Assembly (NCBI GenBank): GCA_053919585.1
Contig: CM132816.1
Length of the DNA stretch: 64,000 nt
Reading direction: 5' to 3' (one strand)
Source of the DNA: Euprymna scolopes
Lineage: Eukaryota
How positions within the stretch are numbered: position 1 is the first letter of the stretch; every line of letters begins with the position of its first letter. Shown here one piece after another: positions 15,031 through 28,379 of the stretch. A model generated the notes under the pieces. It was not told the origin of the DNA and made no database searches. It was given only the letters and a program-made list of their open reading frames with translations. The translations under genes were made by a program, and so were the position numbers.

Positions 15031-16396
15031 CTTTATTCTAATCTAATACTTTATTCTACTCTAATACTTTTTTCTAATCTACTTATTTTTTCTTATCAAA
15101 TACGTTATTCTACTCTAATACTTTATTCTAATCTAATACTTTATTCGAATATAATACTTTATTCTACTCTAATACTTTATTGTACTTTAATACTTTATTC
15201 TAATCAAATACTTTATTATACTGTTATACTTTATTCTTATCAAATACTTTATTCTTATCAAATACTTTATTCTAATTTAATACTTTATTCTACTCTAACA
15301 CTTTATTCTCATCTTAGACTTTATTCTAATCTAATACTTTATTCTACTCTAATACTTTATTCGAATCTAATACTTTATTCTACTCTAATACTTTATTCTA
15401 ATCTAATACTTTATTCTAATCTAATACTTTATTCTACTCTAATACTTTATTCTAATCTAATACTCTATTCTATTCTAGTACTTTATTCTAATGTTAGACT
15501 TTATACTAATCTAATACTTTATTCTTATCAAGTACTTTATTCTAATCTAATACTTTATTCTAATCTAATACTTTATTCTACTCTAATACTTTATTCTAAT
15601 CTAATACTTTATTCTAATCTAATACTTTATTCTAATCTAATACTTTATTCTAATCTAATACTTTATGTTAATCTGATACTTTATTCTAATCTAATACTTT
15701 ATTCTACTCTAATACTTTATTCTAATCTAATACATTATTCTAATCTAATACTTTATTCTACTCTAATACTTTATTTTACTCTAATACTTTATTCTAATCT
15801 AATACTTTATTCTAATCTAATACTTTATTCTACTCTAATACCTTCTTCTAATCTAATACTTTATTCTAATCTAATACTTTATTCTAATCTAATACTTTAT
15901 TCTACTCTAATACTTTATTCTAATCTAATTCTTTATTCTAATCTAATACTTTATTCTAATATAATACTTTATTCTACTCTAATACTTTATTCTAATCTAA
16001 TACTTTATTCTAATCTAATACTTTATTCTACTCTAATACTTTATTTTACTCTAATACTTTATTCTAATCTAATACTTTATTCTAATCTAATACTTTATTC
16101 TAATCTAATACTTTATTCTAATCAAATACTTTATTCTAATCTAATACTTTATTCTACTCTAATACTGTATTCTAATCAAATACTTTATTCTAATCTAATA
16201 CTTTATTCTAATCTAATACTTTATTCTAATCTAATACTTTATTCTAATAAAATAATCAAATACTGTATTCTACTCTAATACTTTATTCTAATCAAATACT
16301 TTATTGTACTTTAATACTTTATTCTAATCAAATAGTTTATTTTACTGTTATACTTTATTCTTATCAAATACTTTATCCTAATCTAATACTTTGTTC

Positions 16397-16996
16397 GGGT
16401 TTGTATTACTGTACACATAGATTCGAAAAAGTTGTCAGAAAACAAATATATAACAAATAAATGTTATCAAAGGCAAGATAAGTAACTTTTTTAACAAACT
16501 GGATATATATTTTGTGTTTTTATTCAATGTAACATATTTATTCAGCTCGAAAAACATGCAGTATTTACCGATGTATTAGACAATTCAAAATGGCGTCCGA
16601 CTCTCTCTTAAATATGGTAAGTTCGAGAAAAGGTGTTATAAATAATAAACTAGACAAAATACTATTAAAAAAATACCGAATATATGTCAACCTACGTCAC
16701 GGTAATATATATATTGAGCGAATTTCTAACACTAATTTCTCTAGTTTATTTTTTATAACACCTTTTCCCGAACTTACCGTGTTTAAGAGAGAGTCGGGCG
16801 CTATTTTGAATTTTCCAATACATCGGTAAAAACTGCATGTTTTTCGAGCTGAATAAACATGTTACATTGAATAAAAACACGAAAATTATATCCAGTTTGG
16901 TAGAAAAGTAACTTATCTTGCCTTTGATAACATATATTTGTTATATATTTGTTTTTGACAACTTTTTCGAATCTATGTGTACATTAATACAAACCC
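16397..16996. mobile_element. Foldback/MITE-like element, copy 4
   Basis: Same termini and flanks, with a few private substitutions. Confidence 0.9.
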
Positions 16997-18398
16997 CTTT
17001 ATTCTAATCTAATACTTTATTCTACTCTAATACTTTTTTCTAATCTACTTAATTTTTCTTATCAAATACGTTATTCTACTCTAATACTTTATTCTAATCT
17101 AATACTTTATTCGAATATAATACTTTATTCTACTCTAATACTTTATTGTACTTTAATACTTTATTCTAATCAAATACTTTATTATACTGTTATACTTTAT
17201 TCTTATCAAATACTTTATTCTAATCAAATACTTTATTCTAATTTAATACTTCATTCTACTCTAACACTTTATTCTCATCTTAGACTTTATTCTAATCTAA
17301 TACTTTATTCTACTCTAATACTTTATTCGAATCTAATACTTTATTCTACTCTAATACTTTATTCTAATCTAATACTTTATTCTAATCTAATACTTTATTC
17401 TACTCTAATACTTTATTCTAATCTAATACTCTATTCTATTCTAGTACTTTATTCTAATGTTAGACTTTATACTAATCTAATACTTTATTCTTATCAAGTA
17501 CTTTATTCTAATCTAATACTTTATTCTAATCTAATACTTTATTCTACTCTAATACTTTATTCTAATCTAATACTTTATTCTAATCTAATACTTTATTCTA
17601 ATCTAATACTTTATTCTAATCTAATACTTTATGCTAATCTGATACTTTATTCTAATCTAATACTTTATTCTACTCTAATACTTTATTCTAATCTAATACT
17701 TTATTCTAATCTAATACTTTATTCTACTCTAATACTTTATTTTACTCTAATACTTTATTCTAATCTAATACTTTATTCTAATCTAATACTTTATTCTACT
17801 CTAATACTTTATTCTAATCTAATACTTTATTCTAATCTAATACTTTATTCTAATCTAATACTTTATTCTACTCTAATACTTTATTCTAATCTAATACTTT
17901 ATTCTAATCTAATACTTTATTCTAATCTAATACTTTATTCTACTCTAATACTTTATTCTAATCTAATACTTTATTCTAATCTAATACTTTATTCTACTCT
18001 AATACTTTATTTTACTCTAATACTTTATTCTAATCTAATACTTTATTCTAATCTAATACTTTATTCTAATCTAATACTTTATTCTAATCAAATACTTTAT
18101 TCTAATCTAATACTTTATTCTACTCTAATACTGTATTCTAATCAAATACTTTATTCTAATCTAATACTTTATTCTAATCTAATACTTTATTCTGATCTAA
18201 TACTTTATTCTAATAAAATAATCAAATACTGTATTCTACTCTAATACTTTATTCTAATCAAATACTTTATTGTACTTTAATACTTTATTCTAATCAAATA
18301 CTTTATTGTACTTTAATACTTTATTCTAATCAAATAGTTTATTATACTGTTATACTTTATTCTTATCAAATACGTTATCCTAATCTAATACTTTGTTC

Positions 18399-18992
18399 GG
18401 GTTTGTATTACTGTACACATAGATTCGAAAAAGTTGTCAGAAAACAAATATATAACAAATAAATGTTATCAAAGGCAAGTAACTTTTTTAACAAACTGGA
18501 TATATATTTTGTGTTTTTATTCAATGTAACATATTTATTCAGCTCGAAAAACATGCAGTATTTACCGATGTATTGGACAATTCAAAATGGCGTCCGACTC
18601 TCTCTTAAATATAGTAAGTTCGAGAAAAGGTGTTATAAATTATAAACTAGACAAAATACTATTAAAAAAATACCGAATATATGTCAACCTACGTCACGGT
18701 AATATATATTGAGCGAATTTCTAACAGTATTTTCTCTAGTTTATTTTTTATAACACCTTTTCCCGAACTTACCGTGTTTAAGAGAGAGTCGGGCGCTATT
18801 TTGAATTTTCCAATACATCGGTAAAAACTGCATGTTTTTCGAGCTGAATAAACATGTTACATTGAATAAAAACACGAAAATTATATCCAGTTTGGTAGAA
18901 AAGTAACTTATCTTGCCTTTGATAACATATATTTGTTATATATTTGTTTTTTGACAACTTTTTCGAATCTATGTGTACAGTAATACAAACCC
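18399..18992. mobile_element. Foldback/MITE-like element, copy 5
   Basis: Same termini and flanks. Small deletion in the left arm (GGCAAGTAAC vs GGCAAGATAAGTAAC). Confidence 0.9.
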
Positions 18993-21871
18993 CTTTATTC
19001 TAATCTAATACTTTATTCTACTCTAATACTTTTTTCTAATCTACTTATTTTTTCTTATCAAATACGTTATTCTACTCTAATACTTTATTCTAATCTAATA
19101 CTTTATTCGAATATAATACTTTATTCTACTCTAATACTTTATTGTACTTTAATACTTTATTCTAATCAAATACTTTATTATACTGTTATACTTTATTCTT
19201 ATCAAATACTTTATTCTAATCAAATACTTTATTCTAATTTAATACTTTATTCTACTCTAACACTTTATTCTCACTTTAGACTTTATTCTAATCTAATACT
19301 TTATTCTACTCTAATACTTTATTCGAATCTAATACTTTATTCTACTTTAATACTTTATTCTAATCTAATACTTTATTCTAATCTAATACTTTATTCTACT
19401 CTAATACTTTATTCTAATCTAATACTCTATTCTATTCTAGTACTTTATTCTAATGTTAGACTTTATACTAATCTAATACTTTATTCTTATCAAGTACTTT
19501 ATTCTAATCTAATACTTTATTCTACTCTAATACTTTATTCTACTCTAATACTTTATTCTAATCTAATACTTTATTCTACTCTAATACTTTATTCTAATCT
19601 AATACTTTATTCTAATCTAATACTTTATTCTACTCTAATACTTTATTTTACTCTAATACTTTATTCTAATCTAATACTTTATTCTAATCTAATACTTTAT
19701 TCTAATCTAATACTTTATTCTACTCTAATACTTTATTTTACTCTAATACTTTATTCTAATCTAATACTTTATTCTAATCTAATACTTTATTCTAATCTAA
19801 TACTTTATTCTAATCTAATACTTTATTCTAATCTAATACTTTATTCTAATCTAATACTTTATTCTACTCTAATACTTTATTCTAATCTAATACTTTATTC
19901 TAATCTAATACTTTATTCTACTCTAATACTTTATTCTAATCTAATACTTTATTCTAATCTTATACTTTATTCTAATCTCATACTTTATTTTACTCTAATA
20001 CTTTATTCTTATCTAATACTTTATTCTAATCTAATACTTTATTCTTATCTAATACTTTATTCTAATCTAATACTTTATTCTAATCTAATACTTTATTCTA
20101 ATCAAGTCCTTTATTCTAATCTAATATTTTATTCTAATCTAATACTTTATTCTACTCTAATACTTTATTCTAATCTAATACTTTATTCTAATCCAATACT
20201 TTATTCTAATCTAATACTTTATCCTAATCTAATAATTATTCTAATCCAATACTTTATTCTAATCTAATACTTTATTCTAATCAAATACTTTGTTGTACTT
20301 TAATACTTTATTCTAATCAAATACTTTATTGTACTTTAATACTTTATTCTAATCAAATACTTTATTATACTCTTATACTTTATACTTATCAAATACTTAA
20401 TTCTAATCTAATACTTTATTCTAATCTAATACTTTATTCTAATCTAATACTTTATTCTACTCTAATACTTTATTCTAATCTAATACTTTATTCTAATCTA
20501 ATACTTTATTATACTCTTGTACTTTATTCTTATCAAATACTTTATTCTAATCTAATACTTTATTATACTCTAATACTTTATTCTAATCAAATTCTTTATT
20601 CTAATCTAATACTTTATTCTAATCTAATACTTTATTCTAATCTAATACTTTATTCTACTCTAATACTTTATTCTTATCAAATACTTTATTCTTATCAAAT
20701 ACTTTATTCTAATCTAATACTTTATTCTAATCTAATACTTTAATATACTCTAATACTTTATTCTCATCTAAGACTTTATTCTTATCTAATACTTTATTCT
20801 AATCTATTACTTTATTCGAATCTAATACTTTATTCTAATCAAATACTTTATTCGAATCTAATACTTTATTCTAATCAAATACTTTATTCTAATCCAATAC
20901 TTTATTCTAATCTAATACTTTATTCTAATCAAATACTTTATTCTAATCCAATACTTTATTCTAAGTTAATATTTCATTCTAATCTAATACTTTATTCTAA
21001 TCTAATACTTTATTCTAATCTCATACTTTATTCTAATCTAATATTTATTCTAATCTAATAGTTTATTGTAATCTTATACTTTATTCTAATCTAATACTTT
21101 ATTCTAATCAAATACTTTATTCTAATCCAATACTTTATTCTAAGTTAATATTTCATTCTAATCTAATACTTTATTCTAATCTAATACTTTATTCTAATCT
21201 CATACTTTATTCTAATCAAATACTTTATTCTAATCTAATAGTTTATTGTAATCTAATACTTTATTCTACTCTAATACTTTATTCTAATCAAATACTTTAT
21301 TCTCATCTTAGACTTTATTCTAATCTAATACTTTATTCTACTCTAATACCTCATTCTACTCTAATACTTTATTCTAATCAAATACTTTATTCTAATCAAA
21401 TACTTTCTTCTAATCCAATAGTTTATTCTAATCTAATATTTCATTCTAATCAAATACTTTATTCTAATCTTATACTTTATTCTAATCTAATACTTTATTC
21501 TAATCTGATATTTATTCTAATCTAATACTTTATTCTAATCTAATACTTTATTCTAATCTAATACTTTATTCTAATCTAATACTTTATTCTAATCCAATAC
21601 TTTGTTCTAATCTAATATTTCATTCTAATCAAATACTTTATTCTAATCTTATACTTTATTCTAATCTAATACTTTATTCTAATCTGGTATTTATTCTAAT
21701 CTAATACTATATTCTAATCTAATACTTTATTCTAATCTAATACTTTATTGTTATCTAATATTTTTTCTAATCTAATATTTATTCTAATCTAATACTATAT
21801 TCTAATCTAATACTTTCTTCTAATCTAATACTTTATTCTACTCTAATATTTTTTTCTAATCTAATACTTTA

Positions 21872-22075
21872 TTCTAGACTTTTAATTTTCCTTCTGGGTT
21901 CCTGCTTTCTTAACTGTACTGACACGCAGAAGTTCAAGTGTTATGTGAACAAACATCTTGCTGCCCAACTCCCTCCATAGTATCCCTGCAACTTATGTCC
22001 CTGATAGTAACCCCCTACATCAAAATGGCACTGTGCCTTGTTTGGGGTGAAATTGTTATAAAAAACTAAAAATAA
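21872..22075 (+). mobile_element. 3' end of a CR1/L2-group LINE (ORF2 C-terminus, 3' UTR, A-rich tail) directly abutting the 18-bp satellite
   Basis: Reads SRL...LLGSCFLNCTDTQKFKCYVNKHLA*, homologous to TCFPDCTNLQKFKCNVNQHLA on the minus strand at ~52975-53045. Ends in TTATAAAAAACTAAAAATAA. Confidence 0.75.
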
Positions 22076-22469
22076 TTGTTAGTGTTTAAGGAATATCTTG
22101 AGGCGAGAAAACGAGAAGTTGTCACACAATTTTGTTAATCTATGTTTATGAAATACATATTAGGGGTTGTTTCGGATTAGAAATATTAAATTGACCGCGT
22201 AAGCATTTATAATCCGTAAAAAAAAAACTTTCGAAATTGAGAACGACATTTTCTTATGTATAATACAAATTGAAATAGGTTAAAATTTTTGGTATTTTCC
22301 TGACGAGAAAATATCAGATGAAGCCTCTGGTGTCTGCTGATACGAAGGTCATGCTTTTTCTGCCAGACAAAAACACTTAAAGTAGTTGTGATCAGTTCTG
22401 TCATGTCAAACACGAGCAACCCGTGAAGATGTTTATAGTGCAAAATAAAATCCGTAATTTGTTCAATTT

Positions 22470-23400
22470 ATTTATTCAACCTTTATTACTGCTATTTTTT
22501 TATTATTTCTTTTTTTTTCGTTCCTAATTTGTATTCCAACTTGTTTCTTGTCGTCTTTATCTACTTTTTTTACTATATCTTTTCTTTTTTCTTTTCTTTG
22601 TCTTTTTGTTTTTCACTTCAAAAGTTTATTCAATAAATATACTTAACGAATTTCGGATAGGAAATAACCATTGTTTTATGAAAAGAGAATAAAAATGAAT
22701 TTCTTTCTTTCAGATGTTAAGATTTTAACCGCTAAACATTTGATAATTTATGTTTTTTACTTTTTATTTAATTTTTCTTCTTTTTATGTACTTATTTTCT
22801 TTATTTCATTCGTTCTTTAATTTTACATATATTACTTTTCTTTCTTATTCTCGTTTACGTTTTCATTCTTTCTTTTTACAAATATTATTTTTCTTTTCTT
22901 TCTTATTCTCGTTTACTTATTTCATTCTGAAATATATATTTCTTCTTGTTCCTCGCAGATTCAGTTCTAACTTCATTATTTTACTCTTTTCTTTTTATTT
23001 TCTTTTTATCTTTGTTCGTTTTACAAACATTATTTTTTCTTTTCTTTTTTTATTCATCATTTTTATTTTTCTTAATCGTCTTTGTTATTTTCTATTTTCT
23101 TTCTCCCGTGTTTCCACTCTTACTCTTTCCATTATCCTCCCATTTTTCTTTCTCTTCTTCTCTTATTTGCTACCCTTTCTTTTCTTTTCTCTAATTTAAA
23201 TGTGTGTCTCTTTTTCTTCTCTTATCATAACCGCCATTATTCCCGCTACCAGTCGAAACATTTTTGTAACTTCTTTTTGTTCTCTGCATATATTTGTCAT
23301 CCACCCGACGGTCACAACTTCTACCCCCTTTTCACCCTTTCCACCCTTTTTCTCTACCTTCGCCCCCTTCTTCTCCTCTTTCTGTCGTCCATCAAACTAA
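22470..23400. repeat. T/pyrimidine-rich low-complexity tract
   Basis: Strong T/C skew that yields Phe/Leu/Ser-rich pseudo-ORFs in several frames. Confidence 0.8.
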
Positions 23401-24437
23401 ACCCAGACGGGCGCCATTCTTACTCCCTACCCATCCTTTCCAGTCTCTTAATATGGCATCAGAGACCCCAGCAATCCAATTCCTACACTTTAAACCTTTT
23501 CTGCTGCACGGCTCTTCTGCTTCTCCGTTTATGTGCTCTGATTCCTTTGTTTTAAAACTAAGACACTTGTAAGCAGACACTTTTTAGTGTTTGACAAACA
23601 GTTCAAATAGTTTTACACGATATTACTATTGTAATAAGCGAAACGCTTTCTTCGTTTGATATTCAATTATCAAGCAAGTGTGGTTCATAAAAAACTGTTC
23701 ACTTACCATCCCAATCAACAACCTTACCATACCTCACGGTAAGACTTTTTCAATTTGGCCAAAATAAATCTCATAAATACTAGATCAAAAGTAAAATTAC
23801 GTTTTTCAAGAAAAATAGTTTTCAATTATATTTTTCTTTTAATTTTAGATTTAAAAATAGGATAAGGGGGACGAATTTATATAAAAGTTATCCGTAGACA
23901 CAACTATGGGTTGGATATCCTTCTCATCTGGTGTAGTTGTATAATCCACCCACCCTTAAAATATAAGATGTTTAGGAATGTATTAATTCGATGAATTTGC
24001 CAATCAGCTTGCTCGTTTTAATAATAACCTAATATTTTATATCCACAGATATTGTGAAATGACGTCAAACGATTATAATCTAATCATAATAAAAATTATT
24101 GACAATTTTTGCTTCATTTTACTTCGTCGAAGATATCAAAAATCAAGGGAGAAGCATAATTATTCGAATATTCCATCATAGTTCTCCTTTATCTCTCAAA
24201 CGTTGAGTTCATAAAGAAATTAGTAATATTAATTTTCCTCTCACTTCGAATACTATATGTTAAATTAATAACAAATACTAAAGTTTTGAATATTTGATCA
24301 GTTTTGACTTCTGTGGAAAATGTCACTATGCTGAGTTGTCCACCCCTTATATACATTTATAAAGAGTGACTTTAGTGTCTAAAAGGCATTCAAGTTTTTT
24401 TCCAACATTTTATTTGGTTCTGCATAGCAAGCCTCAC

Positions 24438-25061
24438 TTATATATATAAGGCATTGTGTGGATTCCGAAATGGTTAGATCGATTCTTTTTTAATATAACA
24501 CAACTGTTCTTCATGTGTCTGGGAGTGTTTTTAGATAGGTTTTGCGTCTGAATGCCTCTAATAAGTACCGAAAATCAATAATCGAAAAGATCCAAGTAAA
24601 GAAGGAACAGTCCGATTTTGAGCAAAACATCACAAATGCATTTAAGAAGCTTTGTCACTTCACAAGCAGTAGAGTTCGGCGTAAAATGTCAACATTTAAT
24701 AAGACTGTGTATCGTTCGAAATAAATGTTTCTGTTTAGAGCATGATTGAACCATAATACTTGACTTCTGTATTTGAAACTTTAATTCAAGTTATTATATA
24801 AAATAATGTTATGAAATCAACACTAGGTTCTCTATAGTGTAATGTAGATTACAATGCATTGTGGATTATATTGCTGCGGGGAGGCGTGTGATGCTTTCTC
24901 TTGGTGCACCGCGGTTGGTCCCCTATTAGAAGAGACAATCGATCGATTTGATTAAATAAAATAGGCGACTTCACTAATTTCGATGAAAATAAAAGTATTG
25001 GAAGTGAGAAACATTCGCTGACCATCATTCAATCATAGGCAACGACGGGTCTCCCTGCTAG
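24438..25061 (+). mobile_element. Probable non-autonomous Helitron
   Basis: 3' end GGCAACGACGGGTCTCCCTG-CTAG|T at 25058-25061. Candidate 5' end TTATATATATAAGG is degenerate, so the left boundary is uncertain. Confidence 0.5.
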
Positions 25062-25983
25062 TATATATATAGATGTATGTGTGTGTGCGTGTGTGGCAAC
25101 ATATGATAAATTAATTCTTTTTTATAAATCACCAACACATCATAGAGATTACAACGGGAGTCACAACTAGTATACACAACAGATTTTACGATGTAAGTTC
25201 GTTGTGGTTCAACAAAAGAAAAGAGGAAACTATCCATGGCAACCCCTGTTAGATGTTGAGATTAAAAAAAAAAAAAAAAAGATAATAAGAAGGAGATTTG
25301 TTTCCAGTAAAAGTTTGTTTATTCTCATATTTTACGATGGAGGTTAGGGTTAGCATAAATGTTCATATCTTGCGATGGAGGTGGTTAGCATAAATGTTTA
25401 TAGCTAAGCTCGAATAGATGTTGACGTTTCAAGATTTGATTAATTTAGGCGGATATCAACCTGTGCCTGAAGTATGACGTGCGTCGGATGCAAATTATAA
25501 ACCAGTGCTCTCATTAATCGTCAATACAAGATCAATACTGCTAACGATAAGAAGCCCACGCTACATGTGTTTGTGTGCTGGCAAGCATCGAGAGACTCGT
25601 ATAGTTGTATATGCGGTCCGGTAGTCTTAGGCTACAATTTGATGGCTCAAGTTCAATGATACAATCTTTAGACAAGGCTGTGTGTAAAAATTATAAAACT
25701 GTATTTGATGGTTAGATGAAACGCTCGGTCCAAATTTAGCTGAAAAAAAAACACACGCACACACGCACACACACACAAAACATTTAATATAGCAAGTGTT
25801 TAAAAACGCATATGTTTGTATTAAGTGCGACGATTTTCATTAGAAAAATGTTCTATAAATAAACTTATAGCAATTTCTTGATCTAAATCGCTTTAATAAT
25901 TTTGTTAGATTGTGAGGGGTATAAGTTTATATATATGTAAGGCTCTAAATATAAAGTGCGTTGGGTATATGATGAGTTGGGTA

Positions 25984-27620
25984 TTTTTTACATAGGCATA
26001 ACCACTCGAGGATAAGGGTTAAGAGTGTACAGTAGTCAATTGGACAATATAGTAATCGTTAGTAATGGACATTCGGTAAATTTTTTAACTTACGTGGAAC
26101 GGCTCATCAAGAACTTGTTTACGTTGGACTTGAAGACAACCATATTCTAGTCAGCTGGAAAGCATGAAAACGGAAGACAATTCCACAGGCGTGCAGTTCT
26201 AAGAAAGAAGCTTTGTTCATGGAATCTACGTTTAGGTTTAGGCACATATAAAGAGTGGGGAATTATTGATAGTGTTTTCAGATAGACGAGTGTTTCTTGT
26301 GAAAGTTTGGCGAGGGGGGGACCATAGATTGAAGCTCAGTCGAGCACTTGCCATGAAAATAACGATAGAGCAGAGACAAACTCGCAACGTCTCTTCTGTG
26401 AGATAGAGGTTGCAGGGAAGAGAAAAGGACATCTCCTACGAGGCTACGAATTCTATTTTGAACTTTATCAAGGCAGGACAAGTCCTTTCTAGCAGCTCCT
26501 GCCCAGATGTGGCAACAGTACTCCATCCTTGAACGTACCTGGCTCTTATATAGATAGAGAATTGCATCAGCAGTGAGATATCTACTGGATCGATAGAAGG
26601 ATCCCACCATTTTTCCAGCGGCCTTGGCAACGGATTTAATGTAGGTGTTCCATTTAAGATCAGGAGTAACGGTCAAGCCCAGAACTTGAGGACTCCCCTA
26701 GACGAGAGCCATTCATTTCAATTAATGCCAGATGTGGATCAGAACGTTGATGATGTAAAGATAAAAGCTTGGTTTTAGATGCATAAAAAGTAACCAGCAA
26801 CTTCTTTCCCCATTGTACCACGTGCTCAAGATCAGAGGAGAGAGAATAGGAGAGAACTTGTTCGTTTACGGTCTTAGATGTGCTACCATAGATGGTAGTG
26901 TCATCAGCATAAATGTCTACGAATGATGTAAGGATGTGATTTGGAAGATCATTAATGTAGATCGGGAAAAGAGTTGGGTCCAGGATGGACCTCTGATGGA
27001 CTCCAGCATTAATACTGTGAGCTTCTGATTTTTTCCCATTAACTGCTACTCTTATGAACCTATCAGAGACAAATGATTTAATAATTGAGAAGACATTTCA
27101 GCTATACCATGGTTGGAGATCTTTATACCATACCCTATCAAAGGCCTTTGATATGTCAAGAGCAATTGCCCTAGAAAAGTAGCCTCCGTCGAGAGATTCA
27201 CTAATCCTATGAGATATAACTGTAAGCACATCTGCTGTAGATCTAGCAGAACGGAAACCATATTGTGTGTCACTGAGAAGGTTATTTTTGCTGAGATGGT
27301 TTATTACTTCTCTTGTGTATATAGTGAAGTGTTTTCGTGTTGTCTAGTGTNNNNNNNNNNNNNNNNNNNNNNNNNNNNNNNNNNNNNNNNNNNNNNNNNN
27401 NNNNNNNNNNNNNNNNNNNNNNNNNNNNNNNNNNNNNNNNNNNNNNNNNNNNNNNNNNNNNNNNNNNNNNNNNNNNNNTTTATCAGCAAACATCACCTTT
27501 ACAACAAATAGGCGGAACATCTTCTGGGGAATTATATCTTGCCAAACAGGGAAACATTTCATTCATTCATCTGAGCTCTTTGTTAATGAATCTGCCAAAA
27601 GCTGAAATGAACATTCCTTC
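25984..27620 (-). mobile_element. CR1/L2-group LINE, degenerate 3' half of ORF2 (RT and C-terminus), interrupted by an assembly gap
   Basis: YADDTT at ~26895-26912 and GVHQRSILDPTLFPIYINDLP upstream. ORF 26278-26676 contains YLYKSQVRSRMEYCCHIWAGA...LQPLSHRRDVASLSLLYRYFHGKCS, followed by RTARLWN. Frameshifted. Confidence 0.9.
27351..27478. other. Assembly gap (N run)
   Basis: 128 N. Confidence 1.
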
Positions 27621-28318
27621 CTAAGAAACGACCAGAAGTCTACGGTTATATTTTTGGACAGCTTTTATTTCATTATGTTTCATTGTTGGCAGATTGCACT
27701 CTTGTGTTAAACTCTGTTTCGCCCACGTACAGGGCAATTACAGACCCTGCCTCCAATATCTTCGTCCTACCTAACTCTTACGAGTAACTCTGCTTGTATG
27801 TAACTATTTCCTTTGTGCTTACTTCACTCGACCACAATAAAGACCCAGTACGTGACTTTCAGGTGCATTTTTTTGACAAATTTATTGTTAATTTAACCAT
27901 TTTAACACTCAACCCCCAAGATTGCATTTCGTTCATTGTTTCGAAATATTTTACTAAACATACAATAACATCTGCATATCTTTTGAAACATAACAGTTTC
28001 AAAACAATAATGTTCATCATCTAACATTTTTTAATAATAATAGTCGATGTTCTAACTTGACTATCAGCAAGGTCACCCGATGTTGCCCTTGCATTGTCTA
28101 ACAATATTTGCTGGAATTAGAACCTGATTTAACATTTAAAACATATAAAACCCGAGTTGCCTTGTTATTTGAACATCAATTCTTGTGATTCTACCGATTG
28201 TAAAAAGAAATATGAAAGGAGCTGAGATACTCGATTTTCCTCCCGTTTCATTCCACTATAAAATATATTTTAATAAAATCACGAGGCAAATAGAGGAAGA
28301 GGGGGAAGAGAGAGATAT

Positions 28319-28379
28319 ACAGACAGATAGATAGATAAATAGATAGATAAATAGATAGATAGATAAATAGATAGATAGA
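28319..28379. repeat. (ATAG)n microsatellite
   Basis: Visible GATA/AATA tetramer run. Confidence 0.9.

Larger units (their letters stand above)
1..21876. repeat. 18-bp satellite array, consensus TTCTAATCTAATACTTTA (common variants TTCTACTCTAATACTTTA, TTCTAATCAAATACTTTA); runs off the left edge; roughly 1000 units
   Basis: Direct 18-bp periodicity. It translates as repeated YSNLIL in the ORF track and is interrupted only by five ~600-bp foldback elements. Confidence 0.99.

Noticed and set aside
4219-18992. CRISPR-like or repeat-spacer array
   Set aside because: The interspersed segments are near-identical copies, not unique spacers. No cas genes, and the context is eukaryotic.
22750-23572. 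Hydrophobic membrane-protein-like ORFs
   Set aside because: These come from T-rich low complexity in overlapping frames. A faint LINE endonuclease-like trace (DWKGWVG) on the minus strand is too weak to call.
25340-25395. Telomere-like TTAGGGTTAG
   Set aside because: Fewer than two units, within a small local duplication.
27209-27624. ORFs spanning the N gaps (also 52273-52647)
   Set aside because: Artefacts of translating through Ns.
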